Shown: positions 11,417-21,129 of the stretch, piece after piece
How positions within the stretch are numbered: the stretch's first letter is position 1
Layout of the letters: each line of letters opens with the position of its first letter
Source of the DNA: Planctomycetota bacterium
GTDB taxonomy: Bacteria; Planctomycetota; PLA2; JAEUHO01
DNA: 64,000 nt
Reading direction: 5' to 3'
Assembly: GCA_965223505.1 (NCBI GenBank)
Contig: CBDCWP010000021.1
Coordinates: forward strand, 128,001-192,000
The notes under the pieces: generated by a model
The model's database searches: none
The model's input: only the letters and a program-made list of their open reading frames with translations
Told to the model about the DNA's origin: nothing
Program-made: the position numbers and the translations under genes

Positions 11417-13707
11417 CCTGCAACGACGTCCAAGGCGCGCTGCCCGGCATCGTCGCCGGCGAGCGCGACACCGAAGCGCTGCGCGAACACGTCGCCGCGT
11501 GCGACGACTGCCGCACGGAGCGCGACCGGCTCGCCACCGAGCTCGGGAGCCTGCGCGAAGAGCTCGCCGCGCTCACACCGTCCCCGTTTCTAGAGAACGC
11601 CGTTCTCCAGACCGCGCGTGAAACCGAGATCGAAACGCGGAGACCTCGGATCTCGCGGCGCACCTGGATGCAGGTCGGCATCGGCATCGCCGCCGCCGCG
11701 CTCCTGTTCGTTCTGCGACCGGGCGTGGACGACGAACCGACGACCGAGCCTGCGCCCGAGCGACACGCGATCGGAGACGGGTCGCCTCGCGTCTGGACAC
11801 CGCCTTCCGCACGTCAGGTGGCCGACGCGCGCGCCAAGAACGTCGTGGATCTGAGCGTCATCGACGCGTCGACCCACTTCCCCGGCATGCTGCACAAGCC
11901 GGACGCGCCCGGGAGCCGCGACAAGGTGATCAGCGAGACGTTCCTGCCGATCGACGAGCGGCTGCACCACAGGTGGGTGTACGGCGACGGCGCAGCCCTT
12001 CCCGGCCGCAGAAAGTTCCAGGTCTACAGCCAACCCCGGCCCGGCGTCATGCTCGTCGGCAACGGCTTGCTGCGGGAGATGGACGACGCCGTCGTGCACG
12101 GCGCCGTCGACGTCATCGTCAACGGAAAGCACTGGCGCAGCACGCCGGGGTCCGCCGAAGCCGAGCTCACCCTCGGCGCTCCGGACGAACACGGCGCGCG
12201 CGCGCAGGTGCGCGTCCTCGTCAGCACCGCCTACAGCGGGACGATCCTGATCGAGGACACGCTCGCTCGCGCGCTGGGGCTCCATCAGTTCGAGATCCCC
12301 GGTGGGTTCGAGACCTCGGGCACGGGCACGATCGAAGGCCAGCGCGCACGCGCACGCGTGCAGATCCCCGAGCTCGACTTCGACAAGGTCGTCGAGGTAC
12401 AGGTGCGCAAACCGATCGAGCGCGCAAGCAAGGCACCGGCGGCGTCGATCAGCGAGCTCCACTTCGAGCGCACCGTCCCGCAGTCGATCACCGTCGGCTC
12501 GGCGATGACGTTCGAGCAGAGCAAGCTGAAGGTCCACGGCAACGTGCGCGGCGCGCGCAGCGCCGACGCCGACCGCCGGTTCCAATTCCCGACGTCGTCG
12601 GGGCCGTTGGCCGTCGCGATGCACTTCGCGCCGGGCCGCAGCGACAAAGAATACGTCCCGATGGTCGCCGAGAAACCGCCGGCCACGGGGCAACAGGCCA
12701 CCGTGATCGCGGGCACGTACGACATCGGCGCGCCCGACGCTCTCGCCCGCAAGTTCTGGGTGAACTACGTCACGCTCGGCAGCAAGGACGAACCGCATGC
12801 CCGCGTGATCATCTCGCGCGTGTGGCGCGGCGCTACGGCGATCCCTTCACGCGAAGGCGTCGTGGTCACCAACGTCGCCGCCGACGGCACGATCACCTTT
12901 CCGCGCATGGCCGGCGAACGCGGCGCGAAGCTGCGCATGCTGGTCACGCGCAAGGACGGGGTCTCGACGTTCCACGACGTGATCGTCAACAAGCAGGAGC
13001 TGACGAACCCGCCGCAGGCCGTGCTCATCCAGGCCGACGGCACCGTGAGCTTCAAGGGGTTCCAGTTCCGCATCGACGACGAGCTGACGCCCCAGCAGAA
13101 CGCGCTCGCGCTCGAAGCGTTCCTGAAGGAGCTTCGAAAGGTCGCGGATACAGAGGGCGCGCGGGACGCCCAAGGGCTGTCGCGCTACGAGCTGCGGATC
13201 GTCGCGGAGCCCGGCGTGCGCTGGCGCGTCGTGCAGTACGTCATGCAGACCGCGGCGCACCCCTCGGTCAAGATCCACAAGATCCGGTTCGGCGACACGC
13301 CCTACGAGCTGCCGAAGGACAAGGGCCTCGCGGACGAACCCTTCAACAAGTCGATCAACAAGATCAAGGCCAAGGTGTTCTTGAAAGAGGATCAGTACGG
13401 GCAGCGCGTCCGGATCCAGATCGACGGCGGCATGGCGCTCGAGACGCCGGCCGTGAAGGACGGTCCGGCTCAGCTCGACGAGAAACACGCCGGCTATCTG
13501 AAGAACGGCATCGTCGTCCTGAAACGCGAGATCGACAGCAAGGGCGAGAGTCTTCCGCTGATCGGCGAGGTCTCCGCGCCGCCCCCGAACGGCGGCAAGA
13601 TCCCGTACGCCGTCATTCGACGGATCTACCAGGCGTTCCTCGACGCCGGCGTGACGCGCGTTCAGTTCGAGGGGGCGGCGTCACCGAGGAACGCGCCGCC
13701 GCGATAG
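11410..13707 (+). CDS. Zinc-finger (ZAS) anti-sigma factor with large extracytoplasmic region and ExbD-like C-terminus
   Basis: Overlaps the sigma stop; HVAACDDC (HxxxCxxC); TM VGIGIAAAALLFVL; two ExbD/TolR-like segments at the C-terminus. Confidence 0.8.
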   Translation: MLTCNDVQGALPGIVAGERDTEALREHVAACDDCRTERDRLATELGSLREELAALTPSPFLENAVLQTARETEIETRRPRISRRTWMQVGIGIAAAALLFVLRPGVDDEPTTEPAPERHAIGDGSPRVWTPPSARQVADARAKNVVDLSVIDASTHFPGMLHKPDAPGSRDKVISETFLPIDERLHHRWVYGDGAALPGRRKFQVYSQPRPGVMLVGNGLLREMDDAVVHGAVDVIVNGKHWRSTPGSAEAELTLGAPDEHGARAQVRVLVSTAYSGTILIEDTLARALGLHQFEIPGGFETSGTGTIEGQRARARVQIPELDFDKVVEVQVRKPIERASKAPAASISELHFERTVPQSITVGSAMTFEQSKLKVHGNVRGARSADADRRFQFPTSSGPLAVAMHFAPGRSDKEYVPMVAEKPPATGQQATVIAGTYDIGAPDALARKFWVNYVTLGSKDEPHARVIISRVWRGATAIPSREGVVVTNVAADGTITFPRMAGERGAKLRMLVTRKDGVSTFHDVIVNKQELTNPPQAVLIQADGTVSFKGFQFRIDDELTPQQNALALEAFLKELRKVADTEGARDAQGLSRYELRIVAEPGVRWRVVQYVMQTAAHPSVKIHKIRFGDTPYELPKDKGLADEPFNKSINKIKAKVFLKEDQYGQRVRIQIDGGMALETPAVKDGPAQLDEKHAGYLKNGIVVLKREIDSKGESLPLIGEVSAPPPNGGKIPYAVIRRIYQAFLDAGVTRVQFEGAASPRNAPPR

Positions 13708-13719
13708 TCGGGGGAGCGT

Positions 13720-15864
13720 CTACCGGACGTCCACCCGCACCGCGGCTTGCGGCCGCAGCTCGACGGCGAGCTTCGCCTTCGCCTTCGCGCCGGGTACGCG
13801 CAGCCGTACGTGCGGCGGAACGTCGGTGCGGAACCAACCCTCGTACCGAACGGCGATCCCACGCGCCATCTTCACGACGTGCGTGCGGTGCAAGATCGTT
13901 CGCGGCTTCTCGTGGCCGGGAAGCACGACCGTCCCGTCGTGCTCCGCGACGATCGACATCGGTGCGACGCGGCCCTTCGGCAGCACGACGACGACCTCGG
14001 TCTTGCCGTCCACCGGCACGACGATCTCCGCCTTGCGGCACGTATCGGGCACAAGGTCGCCGGAGGTCGTCACCAGGCCTTCCGACAGGATGATGCGCGA
14101 GTGCGTGCGGGTCCGCGAAGGGATGAACTCGATCACGCCCTCGTCGTCCGTCACGAGCTCTTGCGACACCGTGCGCGCGTGATCCGCGGGCAACAGGTCA
14201 CCGACCGGGACGAGCTTCACGCCCAGGTTCGGGAATGGGCGTCCGGCGCCGTCTACGAAGCGCAGCTCGGTCCAGGTCGAGCGATGCTTCCAGCTCGGAG
14301 GGGCAACGCCGGGGCGCTCGTCGCCGGTCAGTGACTTCAGGAATTCCGTCAGGTCCGCGATGTCGCGCGGCGAGACGAAGAAGGGCTTGATCCGCCGGTC
14401 CTGCAGCGGGTCCTCGCTGCCGCCGGTGGCGTAGTGGAAGATCACCTGCTCGAACGTCTCGAACGCGCCGTTGTGCATGTACGGACCGCGCCGCGTCAGG
14501 TCGCGCAACGTCGGCGTCTTGAACGCGCGACGGTGCTTCGCCTTGGTGCTGAACGGGTGCCGGCCGGGGTCGAGCGCCTCGATCTGCTCGGCGGTGAGCG
14601 CCTTCGCGCGCGCCGCGGTGCCGAGCTCCTTCCAGGCGACGCCGGTGTTGTGAAAGTCGAAGTCGGTGAACGCGGCGCGTTGCCGACGCGTTCCGGGCGT
14701 GTGGCATTGCGCGCAGCCGGCGCGGCCTTCGAAGAGCGCGAGTCCGCGCCGCGCCGCCGGCGAGAGCGCGGCCTTGTCACCCTTGACGAAGCGGTCGTAC
14801 GGCGACTCGGTGCTCTCGAGCGACAGGCAGTACGCCGCGATCGCGCGCGCGATGCGAGCCGACGACACGGACGTGCTGCCGAACACGGCGCGGAACGCCT
14901 CGCGATACCGGCCGCCGTCCTCGAGACGGTCGGATACGCGCGGCAACTTCAACAGATCCGCCAGCACCTTGGCGCGCAGCTGGTCCTCGTCGAGCTCACG
15001 GGAGTCCCCGTCGCTCGTATCCGGCGCCGGCGCGCTCGACGCCGTGGTCGGCGACGGCGAAGACGCCTCCGCCTCGCCGGAGGCCGTGCCGCCGTCCGAC
15101 GACGCCGTGGACGCCGTGGACGCCGAAGCATCGGCGCCGTCCGCGCTCGGACTCTCCGCGGGATCCGCGGCGGGCCGCGAGCCGGGCGAGACCGCGCCGA
15201 CGGGGTTGTCGAAGTAGCCGCTTCGACGCGAGTCGTCGTTGGCGCCTTCGCGCTCGGGGGTGTCGCCCTCGCCCGGCACGTCCTCGGGCGGTTCGTCGGT
15301 CGGATGCTCGTCGGTCGATGCCGGCGCGTCCGCGCCGTCTTCGACCGGCGCGGGAACGCGCTCGCCCGGCGCACCGGAATCCGCGCTCGCGGGCGCCCCC
15401 GGCGCGCGGCTGCCGGACGCGCCGCGCGGGCCTCCGCCGGGCACGGCGAAGTCCGTGATCACGGAGCCGTGGCCCTGCAGCCCCTTGCGTCCGGAGAGTT
15501 CGCCGATGCGAGCGTGCACGAGCTCCTCGATCGTCTCGAACTCGCCGTCCCAATGCGCCGACGGGTTCAGGTGACTGTCGATGATCGTCTGGCTGTGTCG
15601 GCGCGTGACGCCGACGTCGTCTTCGCTGCGAACCGCCGGATCGGAGAACCCGAACTCGGGGTCGTGGCACGAGGCACAGGAGCGCTCGCCTGAACGACTC
15701 ACGAGCGGGTCGAAGAAGAGCCGTCTTCCGAGCTCGACCAAGGCCTGCTCCTTTCCGTTGCGCTTCGACTTCGCGCCGCCGCCGGCTTCGACCGCCGGCA
15801 GCACGACGAACGCGAGCATGCAGATGAGGAAGAACGGAACGGCCATCAACCAACGTGAAGACAT
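13720..15864 (-). CDS. Di-heme cytochrome c peroxidase/MauG-family protein
   Basis: Signal peptide; LGRRLFFDP.VS, CASCH, HWDG, CAQCH, FKTPTLR, PYMHNG; long low-complexity insert and C-terminal extension. Confidence 0.88.
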   Translation of the reverse strand: MSSRWLMAVPFFLICMLAFVVLPAVEAGGGAKSKRNGKEQALVELGRRLFFDPLVSRSGERSCASCHDPEFGFSDPAVRSEDDVGVTRRHSQTIIDSHLNPSAHWDGEFETIEELVHARIGELSGRKGLQGHGSVITDFAVPGGGPRGASGSRAPGAPASADSGAPGERVPAPVEDGADAPASTDEHPTDEPPEDVPGEGDTPEREGANDDSRRSGYFDNPVGAVSPGSRPAADPAESPSADGADASASTASTASSDGGTASGEAEASSPSPTTASSAPAPDTSDGDSRELDEDQLRAKVLADLLKLPRVSDRLEDGGRYREAFRAVFGSTSVSSARIARAIAAYCLSLESTESPYDRFVKGDKAALSPAARRGLALFEGRAGCAQCHTPGTRRQRAAFTDFDFHNTGVAWKELGTAARAKALTAEQIEALDPGRHPFSTKAKHRRAFKTPTLRDLTRRGPYMHNGAFETFEQVIFHYATGGSEDPLQDRRIKPFFVSPRDIADLTEFLKSLTGDERPGVAPPSWKHRSTWTELRFVDGAGRPFPNLGVKLVPVGDLLPADHARTVSQELVTDDEGVIEFIPSRTRTHSRIILSEGLVTTSGDLVPDTCRKAEIVVPVDGKTEVVVVLPKGRVAPMSIVAEHDGTVVLPGHEKPRTILHRTHVVKMARGIAVRYEGWFRTDVPPHVRLRVPGAKAKAKLAVELRPQAAVRVDVR

Positions 15865-16019
15865 CGGCGACTCCTACTCTCACGAAGCCAACGAAACGCC
15901 GCGAACGCGCGCGGCACAGCCACACATCGATCAGCAAACTCGATGCCGGTTCGATTTACCGACACATGCCCGAGTTTCGGTCCCTAGTGGGTCTCGAAAC
16001 GTAAAACGTAAAACGCTTC

Positions 16020-17120
16020 TTACGCGTTCGACGCGTCGAGCGACGTAGCGAGCATGCGATGAAAGTGATGCACGCCGCGTTCGTGCTTCGGCGCGTAGCG
16101 TCCACGTCGATAGAGGCGCGATTGCATTCCCGACTGACACGCTTCGACGATCGCTTCGTCTTCGAGCTCGACGCGATGCAGATCGGCGCCCGCACCGTCG
16201 TCGAGCTTCGACTCGTCGCGCACGAACGCAAGAAACGATACACGTGTGTGTCGCGCCGATAACGGTGCGACGACGTTCACGTTGACGCCCCAGGAATAGA
16301 CGTTCAGCATGAGATTCGGGAACAACCAGAAGTAATAGGCGGCGACGTGCTTGTCTCGCTCCGGTGCGTCGGCCGGTAGCTCGAGCGTCGCATCTGCCGA
16401 CGAAGCGATGCCGATCTGAACGCTGCCGTATCGTTCGAGCTTCACTTCGTACGATCCGAAGTCGAGCGCAGCATTCAACCCTGCATGCACGAACGGGATG
16501 TGCAGTCCCTCGAGGTAGTTGTCGACGTAGAGCGCCCAATTGGCGGCGACCTCGTAGGTGCGAGAACGCCCCTCGTCGAACGTCAGACCGTCGTCGAGCG
16601 CCCATCCGACGCGCGAGCGAACGCCTCCGATCCAGTCCTCGAACGAACACACGGGATCGAGCGCGGCGAAGAGGAGCGGACCGAGGGTGCCGTGGGCGAC
16701 GGCGGGCAGGTCGTCTTCCGGCCCTGGGAAGTCCTCGGCGCCGTCGAAGCCCGGCGCCGAACGCAGCCGGCCGTCCAGCTCGAACGTTCGCCCGTGGTAG
16801 TCGCAGCGCAGATGCCGCGCGCGGCAGGGCGCGCGCAAGACGCGATTGCCACGATGCGTGCAGACGTTCGACAGCACCCGAACACCGCCGTCGGCGCCGC
16901 GGGTCAGGACCAGCGGCTCGTCGAGGCATCCCGCGAGGAGGAAGAGCGGATGCGCGCTGTCCGACGCCGGAAGCAGGTCGTCACCGTGCCCCAGGACCTG
17001 CCAACTTCGAGCGAACACCCGCTCGCGCACCTGAGCGTGGAATGCCTCGTCGGTGTAGCACCAGGATGGAAGCGTGCGCGCGCGGTGGATGTCCGGGTCG
17101 ACGTCGAGCGGTTCCTTCAT
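16020..17120 (-). CDS. Rieske non-heme iron oxygenase alpha subunit (choline monooxygenase-like)
   Basis: CTH...CDYH Rieske ligands; DNYLEGLHIPFVH mononuclear iron motif; TLPSWCY N-terminus. Confidence 0.88.
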   Translation of the reverse strand: MKEPLDVDPDIHRARTLPSWCYTDEAFHAQVRERVFARSWQVLGHGDDLLPASDSAHPLFLLAGCLDEPLVLTRGADGGVRVLSNVCTHRGNRVLRAPCRARHLRCDYHGRTFELDGRLRSAPGFDGAEDFPGPEDDLPAVAHGTLGPLLFAALDPVCSFEDWIGGVRSRVGWALDDGLTFDEGRSRTYEVAANWALYVDNYLEGLHIPFVHAGLNAALDFGSYEVKLERYGSVQIGIASSADATLELPADAPERDKHVAAYYFWLFPNLMLNVYSWGVNVNVVAPLSARHTRVSFLAFVRDESKLDDGAGADLHRVELEDEAIVEACQSGMQSRLYRRGRYAPKHERGVHHFHRMLATSLDASNA

Positions 17121-17289
17121 CGAGGCCGGCCACTGTATGCGCTGCGGCGCGGCGGGAAATCCCTAGAAATGGAGGTTTCACGCGCCGGTCGGACAACGCG
17201 GCGGGCCGGGGCGCGCCAGGCCGCCCGAAATGGAGCCGACGGCCCGCTCCGGCCTGAATTCGGGCCCTGGGAATGGTCGAAAGGGTGGC

Positions 17290-19359
17290 ATGTCCTCTCA
17301 GCCGCTCGACGCCCTGCTCGCGGACCGCGCGACCGCCAAGACGGAGGGGACGCCGCTGGCGGGCGCGGACCGCGCCATGGTCGAGCGTTGGGCCGACTTC
17401 ACCAAGGCGCTGGCGATGTACCCGGAGACGAATAGCCGGGTTCAGGAGAGCCGGAATCAGTTCCTCGAGGCGCTGGCCGGCGCGCTTCGCGGGGACGACC
17501 GGTCGCGCCCGTCCGCGGCGATCAAGCTCGAGCGAGACGAGATCATCGTCGACGGCACGCGAGGCCCGATCACACACGGCACGAACCTGTACTGGATGTA
17601 CGAGCGGCTCGACAAGGCCGCCCTCGAGGGGGTTCGGATCCACGCGGACGTGCAACCCGACCAGCTCATCGCGTTCGCGAAGCGGCTGCTGAAGAACTTC
17701 GCTCGGAAGAACCTCCGCGTGACACCGCAGGATCTGTGGCCCGAGACGTACGAAGGACTGGAGCTCGTCCTGCGGAAGTTCGAGGGTGGTTTCCACGGTG
17801 GAGGAAGCGGTACGCCGACGGACATCTTCGCCCGCCGCGATGAAGCGCCGACCGAGAGCGAGGTCATCGGCGCGGACAGCGGCATGACCGGCAGTAGCGA
17901 AGAGCCCGAAGGCGGCGCCGAAGAGGCGGCGTTCGAGCGCGAGCTCTCGAAGCGACTCGCCGGTGAAGAGCGCGTCGTCAGCCGGATTCAGAGCCTTCGC
18001 GGCGCGGTCGAGATGTCCAGGAAGGACGAGGGCGACACCGTTCACGTCGACCTCGTCTCGGGCATCGTCCGCATGTTGCCCGTCGACGTGGCCGCGGACT
18101 TCAACAGAGTCGTGGATCTGACCGAATCCGTGCTCGAGGCGCTCAACGAGCACGTCGCACACGAAGGGCTCTCGATCGAACCGGGGCCCGACGGCGGCAT
18201 GGCGGACTTGAAGGCTCTGCTCTTCGCGGCGAGCCGCAAGTACTTTGGGCGCGCCAAGAGTGACGCCGGGAAGCAGATCTCTCGAGAGCAACGAGGTGAC
18301 GGCAGCGACCTGCACAAGACCGCCAAGCAGGGGCACAAGGGCGACGAGAAGATCGTGGATGACCTCGACGCCTTCTTGGCAGAGCTCGCGCACCTGCCGA
18401 TGCCCGGCAACAAGGCAATGACGGCCGAGCAGGCCGACCTGGGCGCCGAGCAGCTCGATGTCTACCTGACGTTCCTCACGGACGTGCAGTCCGTCGAGGT
18501 CGTGCGCAACCTTCATCCCCCGCTACGAGAGCTGCTGAAGCAGCCCAACGCGGGCGAGCTGAAAGTGCTCCAAACCCACCTCGAGAGAGAGTGGTTCCGC
18601 ACGGGCGCAGGCGACGGAAGAGTCGGCAAGACCCGGATCCTAGGTCTGCTGCAGCAAGCGCAGGCGACACGACTTCTACGCCGGTGCGGCTTCCTCTCGA
18701 AGGAACACGTCGTAGAGGCTTTCCCCCAGAACTTCGGGCACTACGTCGACGCGCTCGACTTCAGCAATCGCGAGGACATGGCCGAGTTCGAGTCCGTCTG
18801 CAGGACCGTTGGCGAGGCACGCATTCACGAATCAGCCGACGCCCTCATTCGCGATGCCGCGCTGCTCGACGGCGCTCGGGCCGAGAAGCTCTTGTCGCAT
18901 GCGTCGTTCCATCTCATGCCGTTCGCGAAGATCCTCATCGACAGGGGGGGAGACCGCTTTCGCGACCTCGTCATCAACTTCCTTCAGGCCGTCAAGCCGC
19001 GCAAGCGAGAAGCGTGCTTGCTCACGATCGTCGAGAACCCGATCTTCCTCTCGTCTCGGTACCTGTCGCTGATCACTTCTCCGGTTCTGTCGGAGGAGGA
19101 CGAACGCAAGCTCAAGCACGAGGTGGCAGAGGTCCTGTGCCGCTTCATTCGCGCGGCGGTCCACGTCTCGGGGCAATCCGAGAGGCGGCTCGAGGCCGTT
19201 CGCCACCTCGCGTTCTTCCCGACCTCGCAGACTGCCATCATGCTCCAAGAGCTTCAGAAGGCGCGACGCCTCTGGTTCTTCAAAGCCGAGTCCGCTGAGA
19301 TTCGCACCGCTGCACGCCTCGGCCTCCTGACGATCGAAACGGAGAAAGGCCGTGTGTGA
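17290..19359 (+). CDS. Hypothetical helical protein, partner of the HD-GYP-like gene
   Basis: Long ORF overlapping the next gene; N-terminal ALAMYPETNSRVQES domain; HEAT-like C-terminus. Confidence 0.7.
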   Translation: MSSQPLDALLADRATAKTEGTPLAGADRAMVERWADFTKALAMYPETNSRVQESRNQFLEALAGALRGDDRSRPSAAIKLERDEIIVDGTRGPITHGTNLYWMYERLDKAALEGVRIHADVQPDQLIAFAKRLLKNFARKNLRVTPQDLWPETYEGLELVLRKFEGGFHGGGSGTPTDIFARRDEAPTESEVIGADSGMTGSSEEPEGGAEEAAFERELSKRLAGEERVVSRIQSLRGAVEMSRKDEGDTVHVDLVSGIVRMLPVDVAADFNRVVDLTESVLEALNEHVAHEGLSIEPGPDGGMADLKALLFAASRKYFGRAKSDAGKQISREQRGDGSDLHKTAKQGHKGDEKIVDDLDAFLAELAHLPMPGNKAMTAEQADLGAEQLDVYLTFLTDVQSVEVVRNLHPPLRELLKQPNAGELKVLQTHLEREWFRTGAGDGRVGKTRILGLLQQAQATRLLRRCGFLSKEHVVEAFPQNFGHYVDALDFSNREDMAEFESVCRTVGEARIHESADALIRDAALLDGARAEKLLSHASFHLMPFAKILIDRGGDRFRDLVINFLQAVKPRKREACLLTIVENPIFLSSRYLSLITSPVLSEEDERKLKHEVAEVLCRFIRAAVHVSGQSERRLEAVRHLAFFPTSQTAIMLQELQKARRLWFFKAESAEIRTAARLGLLTIETEKGRV

Positions 19360-20794
19360 CCTGCATCATCCCGACGAGGGAATACCCCGGCGCACCGGCA
19401 TCACGGACCTGGTCGACGAGCTCGTCGTGTGTCTGACGAACAGTCGCATCTACTGGGCCAAGCACCCGAGGGTGCAGTCCTCGATCGAAAATCTCGAGGT
19501 GATTCTCCAGGCACGCTGCGACGCGTCGAGCACGGGCGTCGTTGACCTCGGCGCGGCGGACGGGTACCTGTTCCACGAGAAGCAACCGCTGTTGGGTGCG
19601 AGCCTCTCGGCGGCGCGGATCATCGAGCCGCTTTCTGCGCTCAGCTCCGGCGGGATCCGTTTCAAGCGCGGCGCCGACCAGGCCGCCTTGCTCGCCCTGG
19701 TGGAGCTGCTGGGCTCCAACAAGGACGTCCGACGGTTCGACGAGGCCAACGAGGTCCTGCGCGCGAAGGGCTGCCATGCCATCGAGCTGCTCCCTGAGTA
19801 CGGCGAAAGCGCGGGTGCCGGTCCTCATGTTGCGGCGCACGACTTCGGGCTCGTCGAGGGGGACGCCGACCAGGGCCTCGGCGAGCCCAGTCCGACGACC
19901 GTCGACATTCCCGTGGCGATGTACCAGAGCATCGTCGACTCGCTCCAGGACATCATGGTGCGCGCGTGCCGCGGGGAGACATTCGACATCGCGGGTATGC
20001 GCGGACACGTCGAGACGGTGCTCACGCAACTGCACGCCGACCCCGCCGCCCTGATGCGCGTCTGCCGGTACGAGCACTACGACGCGTTCACTTTCGGGCA
20101 CTCGATTCGTGTTTGCGCGATCGCGCTCCAATTCGCGCGCCAGTTGACGAACGACCCGGCGTTGCTCGAGCGCGTCGGTATGTCCGCGCTGCTGCACGAC
20201 GTCGGCAAGGCCTGGGTGCCGTTCGAGATCCTCTACTCACGCGGCCGCTTGAGCGACGAGGAACGTGAGGAGATGAACAAACACACGCAGTACGGCAGTG
20301 AGATCCTGCTCGGCCTGCCGGACAACGACCCCATGGCGGTTGCGACGGCGTACAACCATCACAAACGGACCGGCAAGTCGTCGAGTGACACGGTGCGACT
20401 CTCGACGGTGACCCGGATCGTGAAGATCGCCGACGTTTTCGAAGCGCTCACGGCGGTTCGCCCCTACAAGGACCGGATGTCGGCGCTTCGCGCATATCGC
20501 ATCATGATGTCGATGGGAGATCACTTCGACGGCGGTCTACTGCGTCGTTTCATTCAGCTACACGGCGTATATCCGGACGGCTGCCGCGTCTTGCTCGATA
20601 CGGGCGAAACAGCGCGCGTCGTGCGCCAGTCCTCGGCGCTGCAGTTCCCCGTCGTCGAGATCGAAGAGCCCATGGACTCGAAGCTCAGTGCGGGCGGAGA
20701 GCTGAAACACGACCTGAGCACGTTCCCCACCGGCGAGATGATCGGGATCACCGAGCAGATCGTGACGCCGGAAGACGACGCCGAAGCGGCGTAA
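19352..20794 (+). CDS. HD-GYP-like metal-dependent phosphohydrolase (GYP loop missing)
   Basis: FTFGHSIRV, LLHDVGK, HH, IADVFEALT.VRPYK and GVYP.G..V.L.TGE motifs. Confidence 0.85.
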   Translation: MCDLHHPDEGIPRRTGITDLVDELVVCLTNSRIYWAKHPRVQSSIENLEVILQARCDASSTGVVDLGAADGYLFHEKQPLLGASLSAARIIEPLSALSSGGIRFKRGADQAALLALVELLGSNKDVRRFDEANEVLRAKGCHAIELLPEYGESAGAGPHVAAHDFGLVEGDADQGLGEPSPTTVDIPVAMYQSIVDSLQDIMVRACRGETFDIAGMRGHVETVLTQLHADPAALMRVCRYEHYDAFTFGHSIRVCAIALQFARQLTNDPALLERVGMSALLHDVGKAWVPFEILYSRGRLSDEEREEMNKHTQYGSEILLGLPDNDPMAVATAYNHHKRTGKSSSDTVRLSTVTRIVKIADVFEALTAVRPYKDRMSALRAYRIMMSMGDHFDGGLLRRFIQLHGVYPDGCRVLLDTGETARVVRQSSALQFPVVEIEEPMDSKLSAGGELKHDLSTFPTGEMIGITEQIVTPEDDAEAA

Positions 20795-20797
20795 CGG

Positions 20798-21127
20798 CTA
20801 TCTGAAGACGAACCAGACGCCGAGCAGCGACCCCAGGATCGCCGTTCCGTAGCAGATCACGGCCATGCCCTTGCCGAGGCGGATGCCCATGTCCTGAACG
20901 GTGAAACGGAAGCGGTGGGCCCAGTGGAAGAGCGGCAGCGCGATGAGCACGAGGAGATACAGGCGCCCGAGCGGGTGCTTGACCAGACCCCACAGCCGCT
21001 CCTCGCTCAGCCACCCCGCCGGTACGGCGATGCCGGTCAAAACGATCGTGATCGGAAACAGCATCGCGGACGCCATGCCGCCGGCCGCGAACAAGGACCA
21101 CCAGAACGGTTCGTTCGACTTTGCCAT
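20798..21127 (-). CDS. frdD: Fumarate reductase membrane anchor subunit D
   Basis: KSNEPFWWSLFAAGGM, LPLFHWAHR; 3 TM; last gene of the frd operon. Confidence 0.9.
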   Translation of the reverse strand: MAKSNEPFWWSLFAAGGMASAMLFPITIVLTGIAVPAGWLSEERLWGLVKHPLGRLYLLVLIALPLFHWAHRFRFTVQDMGIRLGKGMAVICYGTAILGSLLGVWFVFR

Positions 21128-21129
21128 GG

